From Kudoa neothunni (lineage: Eukaryota; Animalia; Cnidaria), in NCBI GenBank assembly GCA_964304625.1, contig OZ199838.1, positions 4,042,705 to 4,106,704 of the forward strand: a stretch of 64,000 nt of DNA, given 5' to 3'. Within the stretch, counting starts at the first letter, position 1; each line of letters starts with the position of its first letter. Both the position numbers and the translations under genes were made by a program. The notes under the pieces are model-generated. The model saw only the letters and a program-made list of their open reading frames with translations, did no database searches and had not been told where the DNA came from. This document shows positions 13,662 to 26,416 of this stretch, one piece after another.

Positions 13662-15016
13662 CCCTCCCGGGACCAAGTGGGGTCTTTCGTGACCCCATTT
13701 AAGGTAAACTTTATTTTTAAAAATGAAAACTTCATAGGTTTCCGTTCAAAATTCAATTAATATTAGAAAATATATTATTATACCATATAAAGTCAAGCTT
13801 TTGAAAAATATAAGAATTTATCCCAGAAAAAATGCCTATATAATTGAACACATGTTCACCATGTCCTCATACTTAATGGCTTAACTTCATTTTAAAATTA
13901 TTAAACCATAAAAATAAACAACGACATATTCACGCAATTAACATATATTAAACCCTAAATAAATGCTCTAATTTTAGATTTTCCTTTTTCCTATCGAGGG
14001 ATTACGATGATGTTATGAGATTAAATTAAGATTTATCGGCTACATGTGTTTTAGACGTTAGGAATTAACAAAATATATTATTTACTTTTTGATTATCAAT
14101 TTCAGAAGAAATTCATATTTAGGAATTCCCTATAATGTCGGCATCAATAATTTGAGGCTAAACTACAGTGCAAGTGTACCAACTTCGAGGGGGAGAAGGG
14201 CATCGTAACTTATCCGTGAATATTTATGCCAGACTTTCAAGGGTAATTATCATTCGCATTTAAAATATAGTTTCGAGTTATTTAATAAATGTATTGATAC
14301 TGACGAAACGCCTAATTTATGGAAAGCATTGGTCCATGGAAAAGATCACGATGTGCATTTTGTTCACGAAATATTGATCGAAAAACAAATATACGGTGTT
14401 ATAACTACAAGCGACCTATTCGCTCGTTTCACCGATTCAAAAAAACATTTCATATTGTCAGACATGTAGTTTTGAATTCGATTGATGTTATCTTTGAAAA
14501 AATTGTTCTCTCTTTAGGAAACCTTGGAATTAATATAATTTATTGTTATATAAACTAATTGTAAATTTGTCGTATTTAATTTTTTTTTATTTGAATGTAT
14601 AAACATACTCAAATACATACAATCGTGACTCAGACCTAATCTTCCTCTCAATTTCGCGATTAACGACTTTTTCCGGAAATCATGCCTGATTTATTGTAGG
14701 GTCGCTTGTGTACATTTCTTATCTATATTTGATTGAACGCCGTTATTATACTTCCAGAAACTTTAAATAATGTAAATATAAGGAGACATTATTCAAACAT
14801 ACAATAACATATGTTCTATTGCAGATGTGTATAATATTTAATCGAAGAATTTATTAAGTTTTTTCAATTTTATTCTCGCTAAAACAAACTTATAAAGGAA
14901 CTAGAATAACTGTGTTATGAGTAACAATTACAATATTAACTTTTTTTTTCAATTGCGCAATAAAATAAGAAAATAATGTTGGGGTCTAAAACGACACGCA
15001 GTCCTGAGACGGCCAA
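13662..15016 (+). mobile_element. Internally deleted piggyBac element
   Basis: TTAA (13658-13661) followed by ccctcccgggaccaa..ggggtc..gacccca. It retains the C-terminal Cys-rich remnant CAFCSRNIDRKTNIRC (ORF 14319-14558). The right end near 14980-15016 is degenerate and approximate. Confidence 0.65.
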
Positions 15017-15437
15017 TGCATATAAATAAAAAGATAACTTAATAAAATAAATTAAAAATTTTCATGTTTGAACTTTGGAACAAATATTGTTATAACATTT
15101 TCTAAATTATGAATAAACTACCAACAAAAATTTATAAACTAAAAACCATCTTAAGAAATGCATTCGTTGAATTGAAACATCTTCGTTCTAATTTTGAATA
15201 GAATAAATCAGAAAGTTCTGTTTTTAAAATACAAAGTCAAGATTGAATATTTACAAACTTATTACTAACAGATACAAATAAAAAAAATTCAGTGAACAAT
15301 TAAAGACTTCGAATTTGTTAAAATTATAGAGAAATAATAATTTATTTGATGTATTTATCAATAACATTGAGGTTCCACGTGAATCCGAATATGCTCGACT
15401 TAAGATTTATTTCCAGCTTATAGGTAATTTCTTTTTT

Positions 15438-18400
15438 GGAAGTGTCTATTGGCCCGAGCAAATTGTTTTATTTAATTATCGAGCTTTTTATTATAGTAAA
15501 TCTATGTTGTCTGATATAAAACAACTTGTAATTGTTTACTTAATTTTATTTTCGGGGCATATCTGACAAAAATATTTTGTATACTGTAATAAGGTTTCGA
15601 CTAAATGGCCCGTAAAAACTCATTATATTGAGTTTATGAGTTACTTATTTTTTCAAATGAATATTTTTAGTTGGAATTTAACGTTTTATTATCTAAGTAA
15701 ATAAAATTTTAAATTGTAATAGCTTTAATTTTATTGTAACGAGCGTTGATTCTATCGTATTCATCCTTTAATGTTGCAATACAAAATTATTGTAAAAAAA
15801 TGTAAGATTTTTCATAAGAACACAAGAAACATAAAGTATGGAGTTGTTTTATTTCAAGATATTTGGTTATAATAAAAGAAAATTTTGGTTTTAATCCCAC
15901 GCGCGTGCTTACGAAATGAGCTTGACTAAACTTAATATGATTTTTCAAATTGGAAATACTTTTAAAATTTTGATGAACTAAAGCTGAAAATAGAAGAATA
16001 CGAGCAAAAATTCACGAGAAGTTTATCCATATATGATTCTAAAACCATCGAAACAGCCCAAAAGCGATGTGATAAAACATTAAATCCGATACTTAAGTAT
16101 TATCATATAAAATATTGTTGTGTTCATGGCGGAAAAAACGTAATTTCTTTAAATGTTTAATAAAATTTTGTATATGCATTAAAATTCGCAAATATATTGT
16201 CATTATTTTAGAGAATGCGATCTGCTGGTAAAAGAAATACGAATTCTTACTACAAAGCATGTCCAATGTTTCTAAAATTTTCAGTCTCTGCTGATGGAAA
16301 AAAACTCGTGTTAAAATCCCTTGACTTATCTCATAACCATGATTCTACGAACTTTTCATCACAATTTTTGCATAATAGAAATAAAATATCAAAGGATGAA
16401 AGTGACCTTATCGCTCAGTTCGTCCAAGTTAACGGAAATTCCAAAGTAATCCAACAAAAAATATTTAATAAAAGGGAAAGTTTGTTTCGTTGAAAAAACT
16501 GTCTAATATGAAGTACTCTTTTAAATCACATACAAAGAGTCTGGAATTTTTAAAAAATTTTAATAAAAAAGGAAGATGTATAGAGATATTAGAAAATGAC
16601 AATGAGTTCAAGAGCTTATTTTTTCAAGACTCGCGGATGAATAGAACACTTCAGGCATATCCTGAAATAATTTGTATGGATGCTACATATAAATTATTAA
16701 ATTTCAGAGCCCCGGTATATTTTGCCGCCGTTATGGATGCTAGGGGAACAACTGAGGTAGTCGCAGTTGGAGTGTTGGTTGAGGAGACCGAAGAAGTTTT
16801 TTCTTGGTTCCTTCAAACGATGAAGAAGCACAATCCAACAATGGAAACAAAAACCAGGGTATTCATGACTGATAAAGACATTGTGGAGAGGAAAGTTATA
16901 AAACAAGTATTTCCTAATTCCAGTCTCCACATATGTTTATATCATGTGCTGAAATCATTCGGTCGAGAAATTAAAACCGAGCGAATGAATATTAGCAAAC
17001 AGGAGAAAGATTTGGCCATTGAAATTTTACAAAAAATTTCCTACTCGAAAAATATAAATGAATACAACGAGAGAAAAAAAGCCCTGAAGGAAAGCGTTGG
17101 TGAAAATGTTTATCGATATTTCACCAACAACTGGGACCCTATCAAACACGAATGGGTCACAGGACTTCGAAGCTATGAGGGGATGTTTGGAAACCTCACC
17201 AATAACCACCAATAACCGGGTTGAATGTATCAACTCAAAAGTGAAACAAGTCATTCCTCTTTATTCTTCCTTTGAAGAATTTATAAAAATGTTCGTAATT
17301 TATTTGGAAGGTTCTAGAATGGAGAAGGATACTAAAGCTGCTAAGGAGCCTCTTAAAACTCCTCGACGCGAAATAAACGAAACTATGTTGATTTATTTCA
17401 AATATTTAACGCTATACTCATATAAAAAAGTTTTGGAAGAATTTGATCAATTTATGTTCACACAAAACGTACAAAACGACGAATCTTCGATGGATAATTA
17501 TACAGAGGCAACTACTGAGGAATGCAATTGTCCCTTCCGTCTTAGCATGGAACTGCCATGTCGTCACATTTTCTACATGCGGAAAAAACAAAATCTTTCT
17601 CTTTTTGATAAATTTTTGTGCTTGAAGAGATGGACAAGGGAGTATTTTGTTGAAAATTCTGAACTGGCCGATGTTTATGAAACAAATAATAGTTCATCAG
17701 AGAATGGTTTGATTGCTATAAATTCATTACCAAAAACTACTGTCTATTCGGAGCATAGAAAATTTAATGAAGCCACTAAATTGATGAAAGATGTAGCCGC
17801 AAGAATTTCAGAAAAAACTGGATCTGATTATGAATATTGGATGAATGAATTAAGAAAATTAGTTAAATTTGTTGAAAATGATGAAAAAATTCGAATTGAA
17901 AAGATTGATGATACATATCCTACAGACCAGATATTAAATGCACCAAATGAAGATATAATTATGATAGAACTTTCATGTATTTTTCTTATTAAATATTTGA
18001 AATAAATTAAGTAGATAGTGAAACTCAAGGGAAAAACCATAATCTAACAAAGTAAAATGCATATCAAATCGTAATTATTATTCTCTCAATAGGCAATCAT
18101 ATAATAATGAGAAATCGCCCACATGTTGTCTTGAAGCCAAAAAAGTTTCAGGTAAAGTTCTTTCTATGACGTGTTTGAGTTGGCATTATTAGGATTAGTT
18201 TTACCCTCAAAAATAAAACGCAGAGGTCGCCCGAAGGGTTCATCAAATACGGTGATTGGTTTAAAACGTTCGAATTTATTTTCCAAATCGTTTTTTAATC
18301 TAACAGAAAAACAAAAACTTTCTAGTAATTCAAATACATTTTGTTTATTTTTAACAATTATTAGAAATGCATTGTTGGTTTGTTGATAAGAAGATAGCTG

Positions 18401-19657
18401 TTAGAGTATTGAGGGGCGGAACAGTTATCGACGAAAATGAAGTCGAGGTTTTTTCTGGTAACGTAATTGATGCCGTCCTTGACCCAAGAATTAATATTGA
18501 ACAAATCTTTCCCTACTTTTCTAAAGATTCTCTATTTAACACAAAAACAATGAATCCATAGGCTGCGACATATGTCTTCAATGGAGCCATTTTAAATGTC
18601 AACAGATTAAAATGAGCCCATCGTCAAAATATTGGAGTTGCATGAATTGTAAATCAAAAAAATGAGTGTAAGAGAAATTATGATAAAAAAGTTTCCGTTT
18701 TAATTCATATGCTATTTAGATACATCTGATACGATCGTGAATATGTATTTTACAAATCCATAAGATGGAATTTATGTTACAACGATTTAAAATGATTTTT
18801 TTTTCAAAATTCAATATAGTCATAGTCGTGTAGTAGAATTCATGGGAACATCTGTGTGATGCATGGCTTGGTGAAAAAAGTCTAAGTCCAACATTTTTTG
18901 AATAAAATCACCAATAAAAAATTATATGTTTAAATGTTGAAAATAACATTTCAAATATGAATTAAATTTCTGTAGCGGATAATCAAATTTTAATATTTTA
19001 ATTGAGAACATTAAATTTCAATTAATATCGTCAAAATTCAGTTTATATACAAAGTCAATATAAGGGAGTATGCTAAGTGTCATGATCAGATGGCGTTAAA
19101 TAAGGTATAAATCGATAAATTGGATTCATTTTCAAAAAGAAAATCATACTTACAGCATATACTTAAATTGAGTGATTTCACATCGATATCAAAAATAACA
19201 ATCGGAGTTTGACGCCATTTGGAGTTTTGGGTTAACGGCAATCATATATACGAGTCAAAGCAATTCAAAAATATTTAAAACACAAAATGACACGATTAAA
19301 TAATTGAATTCATTTTTTCGATTAATATAACACGGATGCATCATACCAGAAAATTATTATTGCACAATACGTGAAGCGAATACATTTCATAGTAATAAGA
19401 AATCACAAAAACATTTAATTTAAATTTTGAAACAAGTTTATAAAGAAAATAGAGCATTTACTGCACTCAATTACAAGAATGATGAGGTTTGGTTTTTCTT
19501 TAGTAGCGCCTTATATCACAGGTTCCTAAAAACCATCGTCTTTTATTTTTTTTTACATTAATATATAATCCATTGTAATAATTTTCTGTCCTATTAAAAT
19601 TTAAAAAGAATCCCTCTAATAGGTAAAAACAATTTGTTCGGGCCAATTGACACTGCC
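15438..19657 (+). mobile_element. MULE (Mutator-like) element 1, full length, defective
   Basis: ~32-bp TIRs GGAAGTGTCTATTGGCCCGAGCAAATTGTTTT / rc GGCAGTGTCAATTGGCCCGAACAAATTGTTTT, with a perfect 9-bp TSD TTCTTTTTT (15429-15437 and 19658-19666). Confidence 0.95.
15916..18665 (+). pseudogene. MULE transposase (DDE, SWIM finger, AT-hook, partial PHD finger), frameshifted, with short introns
   Basis: YPEIICMDATY, VFMTDKD, LHICLYHV, TNNRVECINSKVK, SWIM CNCPFRLSMELPCRH, AT-hook KRRGRPKG and C-terminal GCDICLQWSHFKC..WSCMNC. Several frameshifts. Confidence 0.9.
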
Positions 19658-20033
19658 TTCTTTTTTATTTTAATTTAATTACCTAATGGAATTTTTTGTG
19701 TTAAGAACAAATATGACAAAACTTTTGAAGAAGAAGTGAATTAACCGGACGAATTGCAGGAAACGACTTTATTTCCGATTTTGTATGCGACACTGCCTGA
19801 AGTTCGTACACAGATACTGTGGTACTGTAGTTTAGTCGATATTTTAAAAGAAATAAAATAGTTTATTCCAAAAAATAATGCATTGCGGAATGTTGATAAG
19901 AAAATCTCTCCTAAGATTGATTACAAAAATCCACTGTGAACGAATCATACAATCTTGTTAATACATTGAATTAATCTCTTCGAAATGGAGAATAATCCTT
20001 ATACCCTCGATTTTTTGAAGGCCTAGTTGCAAC

Positions 20034-20930
20034 CTGGGCGTCCAATGAGACTATTGGAAAATACCCAAGATTCGACGAAATAACCCAAGGTCGCAAAGAA
20101 AACAATAATACTATTAAAATAACAGAAATTTTTATTTTAAACTTATTTTCTAATTATTATCGTCAATTGAATCGTCTTCTTTAATTTCACAACCCTCGGC
20201 TAACATGTTTGATCTATTTTTCAAGCGTTCAAGATATCGTTGGCTCACATCATGTATTAGTTTATTTGTTGGATACGACGTCAAACACGTATTATTATTT
20301 CTTCTGATCAACTACTTCGCGAGAAGTTTACATTTTACAGTTTTAACCTTTAATAAGCTTTTTTAGTTTTTATTTCGTTCATTAATGAAAAAACTCGTCC
20401 AACGTTTGCAGTAACTGAAATTGCTGTACATAGCATCTTGATCAAGTAAATCTGTAAAACCTACTTTTAACCAAGCTTGATTGAAGCACATATATCACGT
20501 TTTTTAGCTCCGTTTGAATTTTCACTCGTACTTTGAAATAATATGCGTCTGTACTTTCAAATATGTTAAAAAACTAGAAAAATTTAAAGACAACGTTAAA
20601 ATACCCAAATACAGTCGGAATAATAATTACAATTGATCAAATAATAATTATTCACGAATCAGAAAACAGCGTGTTGACGACGATCGTGATATCTTATTAA
20701 AATGTAAAATAATTTTAATTCTCTCCCTTATTAAAACAATAAATATGATTATTATACCTAATTGTAAAACTTATTATTTATAAGCTGATCACCAAGAATT
20801 CAGTAATCTACAAGTTTTGTAAATAACCAAACACCCAAGATTTGACTTAAAGTGAAAAAACCCCCAAGAGCCCAAGGTTAATAGAGAAATCTCAAGATCT
20901 TGGGGAAAAACCTAAGGTTTGGACGTTCTG
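20034..20930. mobile_element. hAT-type non-autonomous element
   Basis: Ends ctgggcgtccaa / ttggacgttctg, TSD gttgcaac / gttgcaat (7/8), and multiple subterminal (a)cccaag repeats at both ends. Confidence 0.7.
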
Positions 20931-21313
20931 GTTGCAATGTTTAATACGCATTTTTTTTGATGGTCATGAGGGGATTACGTATTATCGGTTGCCTACTGTA
21001 TCACATCCGACTATGAATTATCCGCACGCTAAAGACAATCATCTCTGTTATTATTTCTTAGTGTTTTTTATGTTTAAAAATAATGTCATGATCCATTAGA
21101 ATTAAATATCGGAGGTCTTCAAAACCCCATTGTTAATTATAATATCCATCTGAACATTAATTTACTATTTACTATTTGTTATATTTATATTATTTCTTAA
21201 TTAAATCTCACATATCAAATACATATTTTTTTACAATATTAAATTTAATGAGGAATAGTGGACACTTTTTTCTTATTTTTTCAAATGTTTTAAGTTAGTG
21301 GCTCCCTATAGGA

Positions 21314-21994
21314 CAATGTTTCCCAACGTGTGCAAGAAAAAATTTTGGTGAGACGTGGAAATTCCTAAGTATTGTTGTGACACGGATAATGGTGGGATAA
21401 ATGGGAAGTATGATATACTTTGAAGTCAGTATCGCGATGTTCGATATCGCTATATTGATAAGTGACGATTAATATCATAAAAAATATGACAAGCAATGAC
21501 CAATTACTAATTATACAAAAATTAATAATAATATTTAACATTCCCCTCACCCAAATAGAATCAGAATAGTTTGGATCTCAATCTCGTCACATTTATGATC
21601 ATGTATACCCCCTTTTGATTAAACTTGATATAATACTGATTAATTTTTATATATATTCCGTTCATTAGCTGCGTATACTCGAAAGTCTTTCCTAATGAAA
21701 ATTGGATTACCACGAGTTTCATTTGACGCAATTTTTGATGGAATGAAGAACTAAAGATGTTAATTTTTAAGGTCCGTCGTGAAATCAATTTCAATCTGAT
21801 CGAATTCACCTTAATTTTAATTAAAAAAAGTATATATTAATTACTTTCAACTTTTAATTTTATAGGGAGTCTTATTCAAAGTAATAAACTGTTTAGGTTA
21901 AATAAATCAATACTTTTGAAAAGAGTGGGGTCCGGAACTTTTTTTAAGAAATAAGAAAAAGTGGGACGTGATAGAAAAACATAGGGAACCACTG
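21314..21994. mobile_element. hAT MITE family A, copy 2
   Basis: Starts caatgtttcccaac and ends gggaaccactg. The interior closely parallels 1650-2220 (ggaaattcct.agtattgt.gtgacacggataatgg...). Confidence 0.85.
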
Positions 21995-22099
21995 CATTAG
22001 TAGATGTTCCGCCCTTTTAATATTTCCGCATTAGACAGGTCAAGTCGACAAAGTGTATTATTTAACAAATACCGACCGTTTACCACTAGATGGGTATAA

Positions 22100-22968
22100 A
22101 TGATTGCTCAAGTAAGACTTCTGGCAGTATACTTTGCAATAAGGATGACTGTATCCATTATCTTATCAATGTTGGTATATTGAAGTCACCAGATAACTGT
22201 ATGAAATGCAATGGTACCAGCCATTCAATATATCGAAAAAATCGGTGATGCTGTTCCAAAATGTGTAGAAAGGAAATTTCTATTTTTGTGTCAACATTTT
22301 TCTGTAATGTGAGAGTTAAACTTCATTATTTCTTGGAGTTGGCATATTACTGGCTTGTGGGTGTGAAAAGCGTTAACTTGGGTATAATTACGGGACATAC
22401 TTTTCAAACAATAACTGACTATCGTCACTATCTTCTCCAGCTGGTAGCGGACAATCTGGACTTTGAGGACATAGTTATTGGAGAAGAAAACGTAATTGTT
22501 GAGATCGATGAATCCGAATTTGGCAAAGTGAAGCATAATAGAGGGCATGGCGTTATTGGAGCCTGAGTTCTTGGAGGTGTAGAAAGGACACCAGAACGAA
22601 AGATGTTTTTAATAGAGGTTCCTGATAGAACCACTGAGACTCTAATCCAGAAAATTTAAACATACGTTCATCGTGACTCCATTATCATAATTGTCTGCTT
22701 CAAAAGGTATGGGACACTTTATAATTTCTAGGCTCATCGCAATGTAGAACATGTGGATAATGCCACAGGGACTCATACAAACATCATCGAGGAAGCGTGG
22801 GGTGTTATCAAATATAAAATATCACGAAGAAACAGAACATATTCAGTAAATGAAGGTAGTTCTGTCAGTATGGACGGTATTAATGCATTTCTTGGTGAAT
22901 TTAAGTGGAGACGAAAAAATAATCATGATTTATGGGCTGTCTTTTTATCCTCATTAAAAAATTTTTAG
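22100..22968 (+). pseudogene. Merlin/ISXO2 (IS1016-like) transposase relic
   Basis: VIVEIDESEFGKVKHNRGHGVIGA*VLGGVERTPERKMFLIEVPDRT..., GTHTNIIEEAW, FLGEFKWRR. Contains stops and frameshifts; TIRs not identified. Confidence 0.85.
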
Positions 22969-24629
22969 TTAATATCAATTAGATTTTTATTTGTTATGTT
23001 TTCATAATGATTTTTATTGATGGCGCCAATCCATTATTAAATCGGATCAGGGGATGTATATCAAAGTTCGGCCAAACCTAATAAACTGATAAGTTGTTAC
23101 TACTTATCCCCTTCCATGAACACCTATTCACTTCACGACATCAAATGAGTCTACATCCTTCATTACTACGATAGTTTTGTCTATTTAACACTTTCACCTA
23201 TTATTATCTGGTTATCACATCCCTGTCCCTTGAAAAAGTTGGTTCCGAGTGGCAAGAGCTTAAGCCGAAATTACGCTCTTGTCAATTCTACCACCCTGAT
23301 CTCACTTTAACCATAAGATAAAACAAAAGCTCAACATTTATTACCCTAAAAGCACACATGAGTTCATAATTTGATTTCATTATGTTATAAAGACCTGTTT
23401 ATCTGATAATGTGATTGGCAGTTGAACCCATTCGGGTTCAAGGGCCGATATGTTCACAGTCATTGGCTTCGCCAGGTTTCCAAAATGTTTTCCGATAATT
23501 CTTTATTTTTACGAATTGCTTGGATACCACGTAGTGAAATTCTTGCTTCAATAAAATGCAAGTTATCCTTACATTGTTTTAATTTATATTTGTTTTAATT
23601 AATAATTCTAATGCGGACTAATATTTCCATATTTGTTTTCCTATCAAAAACAATTCACAGCAAAGGAAATCAAGTTCATTGTTAATTAATTTTCATACAA
23701 GTGCATTTGAATACTTGGTGAATGAATTGTAAATCGATTCATACCTAACTATAAGCTCACTTTTGGTTTTTTATAGGTGGCTTAATAGAGCACGTTGGTT
23801 ATTCCGCAGTTATCTTCAAAAAGCGTTGACACGAAAATTCGTTTTTTGGATCCTTCAATAAAATATAATTATATTCTTATGGTTATGATTATGATTATGA
23901 TTAATTAGTGTGAAAACATGCTAATGGCATGCCAACAAATAAGAAATGTTGACAGCAATATCAGTTGAAACACAGGTTTATAATCACAGCAAGATTATGC
24001 TCAGTGAAGTTATTAGATTTGTTTTTAGGTCAAGGGATTTTTACCTCAGTCTATGATCTAGGATATGAGAATGTTTGTATCATGCGTTTTAAGGAGGACT
24101 TACTGTTCGATAAATTCTTTTTCTTCTTAATCTGTTAAATATAGCCTAAAGTATACTAAAAAGATAGAAATCCAAACATTTCTTGAGTGAAGCTATTTAA
24201 ATGTATAATCCGCTAATGGTGTTAACGTTGGCATTATCGATAGCATGTTTTTGAGATCTATTCAGTTTTTCTTTTATTTCAGTTATTAATTGGATTATTT
24301 GTTAACATAATAGATACATTTATAAGCAATGTTATTCATTGATTATTAATACACATCCGACGGACCTTTAGAAAATGTGGGAAAATAGTTTGGTTTATTG
24401 GTAGTTATCGGTTGTGCACTTTGGATAATTAGAATCGTGTGTGGTTAAGGTAAAAATCGAGTGAGAAATGTGATTTAAAAACTATTTCTATCATGATCAG
24501 TAGGCACTAATCATATTATGGGTTTATTGAGACACGCCTATTGATCGTGTAAATCCTCTAGGTAAAATTATCGGGTGAATAGGCTAACGTCCCAACGAGT
24601 ATCCGCTTGCTAAGCCTCAATATATAAAG

Positions 24630-25360
24630 ATGAACGTTTCCGTTGATGATGATGTAATTTCACAAGCTTGTGATTCTGTTAGAAATGAAAAAAATATGAG
24701 ATGGTAACAAAACAACAAAGACTGTATGTTGGAATTTCTTAAATTATTTTGGGTAGGTGTTCTATCCAGTATGACGACGAAGCTAAAAATATTAACGCTG
24801 TGAAAACTGGTGAAGATTATTCTGATTTTGTCAGTCTATGCAATCGTAAGTTGATTCCTTGTTTTGTTGGCAGTAAAAATTCCATTCCAACCCAAGCATA
24901 AAGTGAACTGATAAGGTTTTGTTGATGTTCCAATAGTTGGTAATTGGTTGTATTGAGAGTTGTGCTGATTCCAGCCCACACTTAAGTAACGGTTACAAAT
25001 TCTTTAAATACAAACAAAACTTATCTTGGGCTAAACATTAAATTTCCTGTTGACTATAATAAAAATTCATGCATTAATTGTATTATAATAGCTGCTGACA
25101 GAGTGTACGGTTTTGTGAAATTCACCACTGGTGATGAGATGAGCAAAAGGGAAAAATTCGTCTTTATCGCATGGTGTGGAGAAAAAGTTTCACCATTGAA
25201 AAAAGCCCAAGTTAGTACACACAAAGCTTTGGTGAAAAAAGCGGTTCAAAACTTTGCGGTTGAGGTTCAAGCTTATTCACCAGACGATCTCAATGAAAAA
25301 TCCATCCTTCAACAGTTAATCAAAGCTGGTGGTGCCAACTATGGAACTGGTGGAAGATAA
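24630..25360 (+). CDS. COTL1: Coactosin-like protein (ADF-H domain), 143 aa; exons 24630-24703, 24757-24845, 25092-25360
   Basis: Spliced frame is intact (432 nt). Contains RVYGFVKFTTGDEMSKREKFVFIAWCGE..KKAVQNFAVE..LIKAGGANY, diagnostic of coactosin. Confidence 0.95.
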
Positions 25361-26189
25361 TTCCGTTTGTTGTCTCTCTAATTTATCTAAATAACATTCA
25401 AATCGAAAGATGCATAATTTTGATTGTTTACAATTCGCTGAACTATCAAAATTCTCTCTATTATAGTTTAATTTTATGTGTTTGAGGTTATTAGTGTGTT
25501 TTTCTTTGAGTTTTGATATTAGTAGATAAGCTTGGTAATGTAATGTATGACTTATAGTTTGACTATAGTCGAACTCAATGGTTTTTAATCGGGGCTCCGC
25601 GACAAGAATACATGAAAATTTTTTATTGGCATCTAAATTTAAATAAATGTTGCCGATATGTTTGGCGATGTCGAATATGAACAATTTTGTCAATTTTAAT
25701 TAATTATTTTTCTCATAATATGTACCTAAATTTAGAATAAGTTTAATAATAAAGATTTTAAACCTTTCAATGTGTTATAACCACATTGAATGCTGGTAGC
25801 GGTTTTCCAAGAATCTGAGTTCGTTTTTGAATGCAAGAGCGCGAATTTCATCATATTTTGTTATCGTTTCGTCTTTTTTCCTTTAAAAATTTTCTGCATA
25901 GCAAGCATTTTGCGATATCAGGGATCGTGTTTTTCTGTCGCAATTGAAACAACAGAAAGTGAATAAGCCATGCTTGCTTTTATTATGAATAATATCCAAA
26001 TATTGTAGCTGCAATACGAAGTCACCAACCAAAAATATCATATTAGTTTTTATTCATTGTGAATACAAAATAAACTTTGAAAATATCTATGTTATTTTTT
26101 TGGTGAGCGCGCGTGCAAATTTTAAAACTTGTATTTTCTTCATTTAGGTTTAATTTTATATGTGCGGATTCGAAATTTTTTTTAATCTC

Positions 26190-26228
26190 TTTGGGGTTCC
26201 ACGGTTACATAAAGGTTGAAAAACACTG
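26190..26228. mobile_element. Orphan hAT/Charlie-type terminus
   Basis: ggggttccacggttacataaaggttgaaaaacactg resembles Charlie ends; no partner end was found. Confidence 0.4.
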
Positions 26229-26416
26229 GTCTAACTATCAGTATGTGTCATTGTATTAGAGGGAGTAGGGCTTAATTTGTAAGTATCTCTTGTTAATAAA
26301 TTTTTATCTCTACATGTGGAAGTTTATGTTAAGATCTTATTGTCTCGGGCAATTTTTGAAACAACGTTTATCCTGGACACTAAGATACTAATTGTTAGGC
26401 TCACAATTAATATTTT

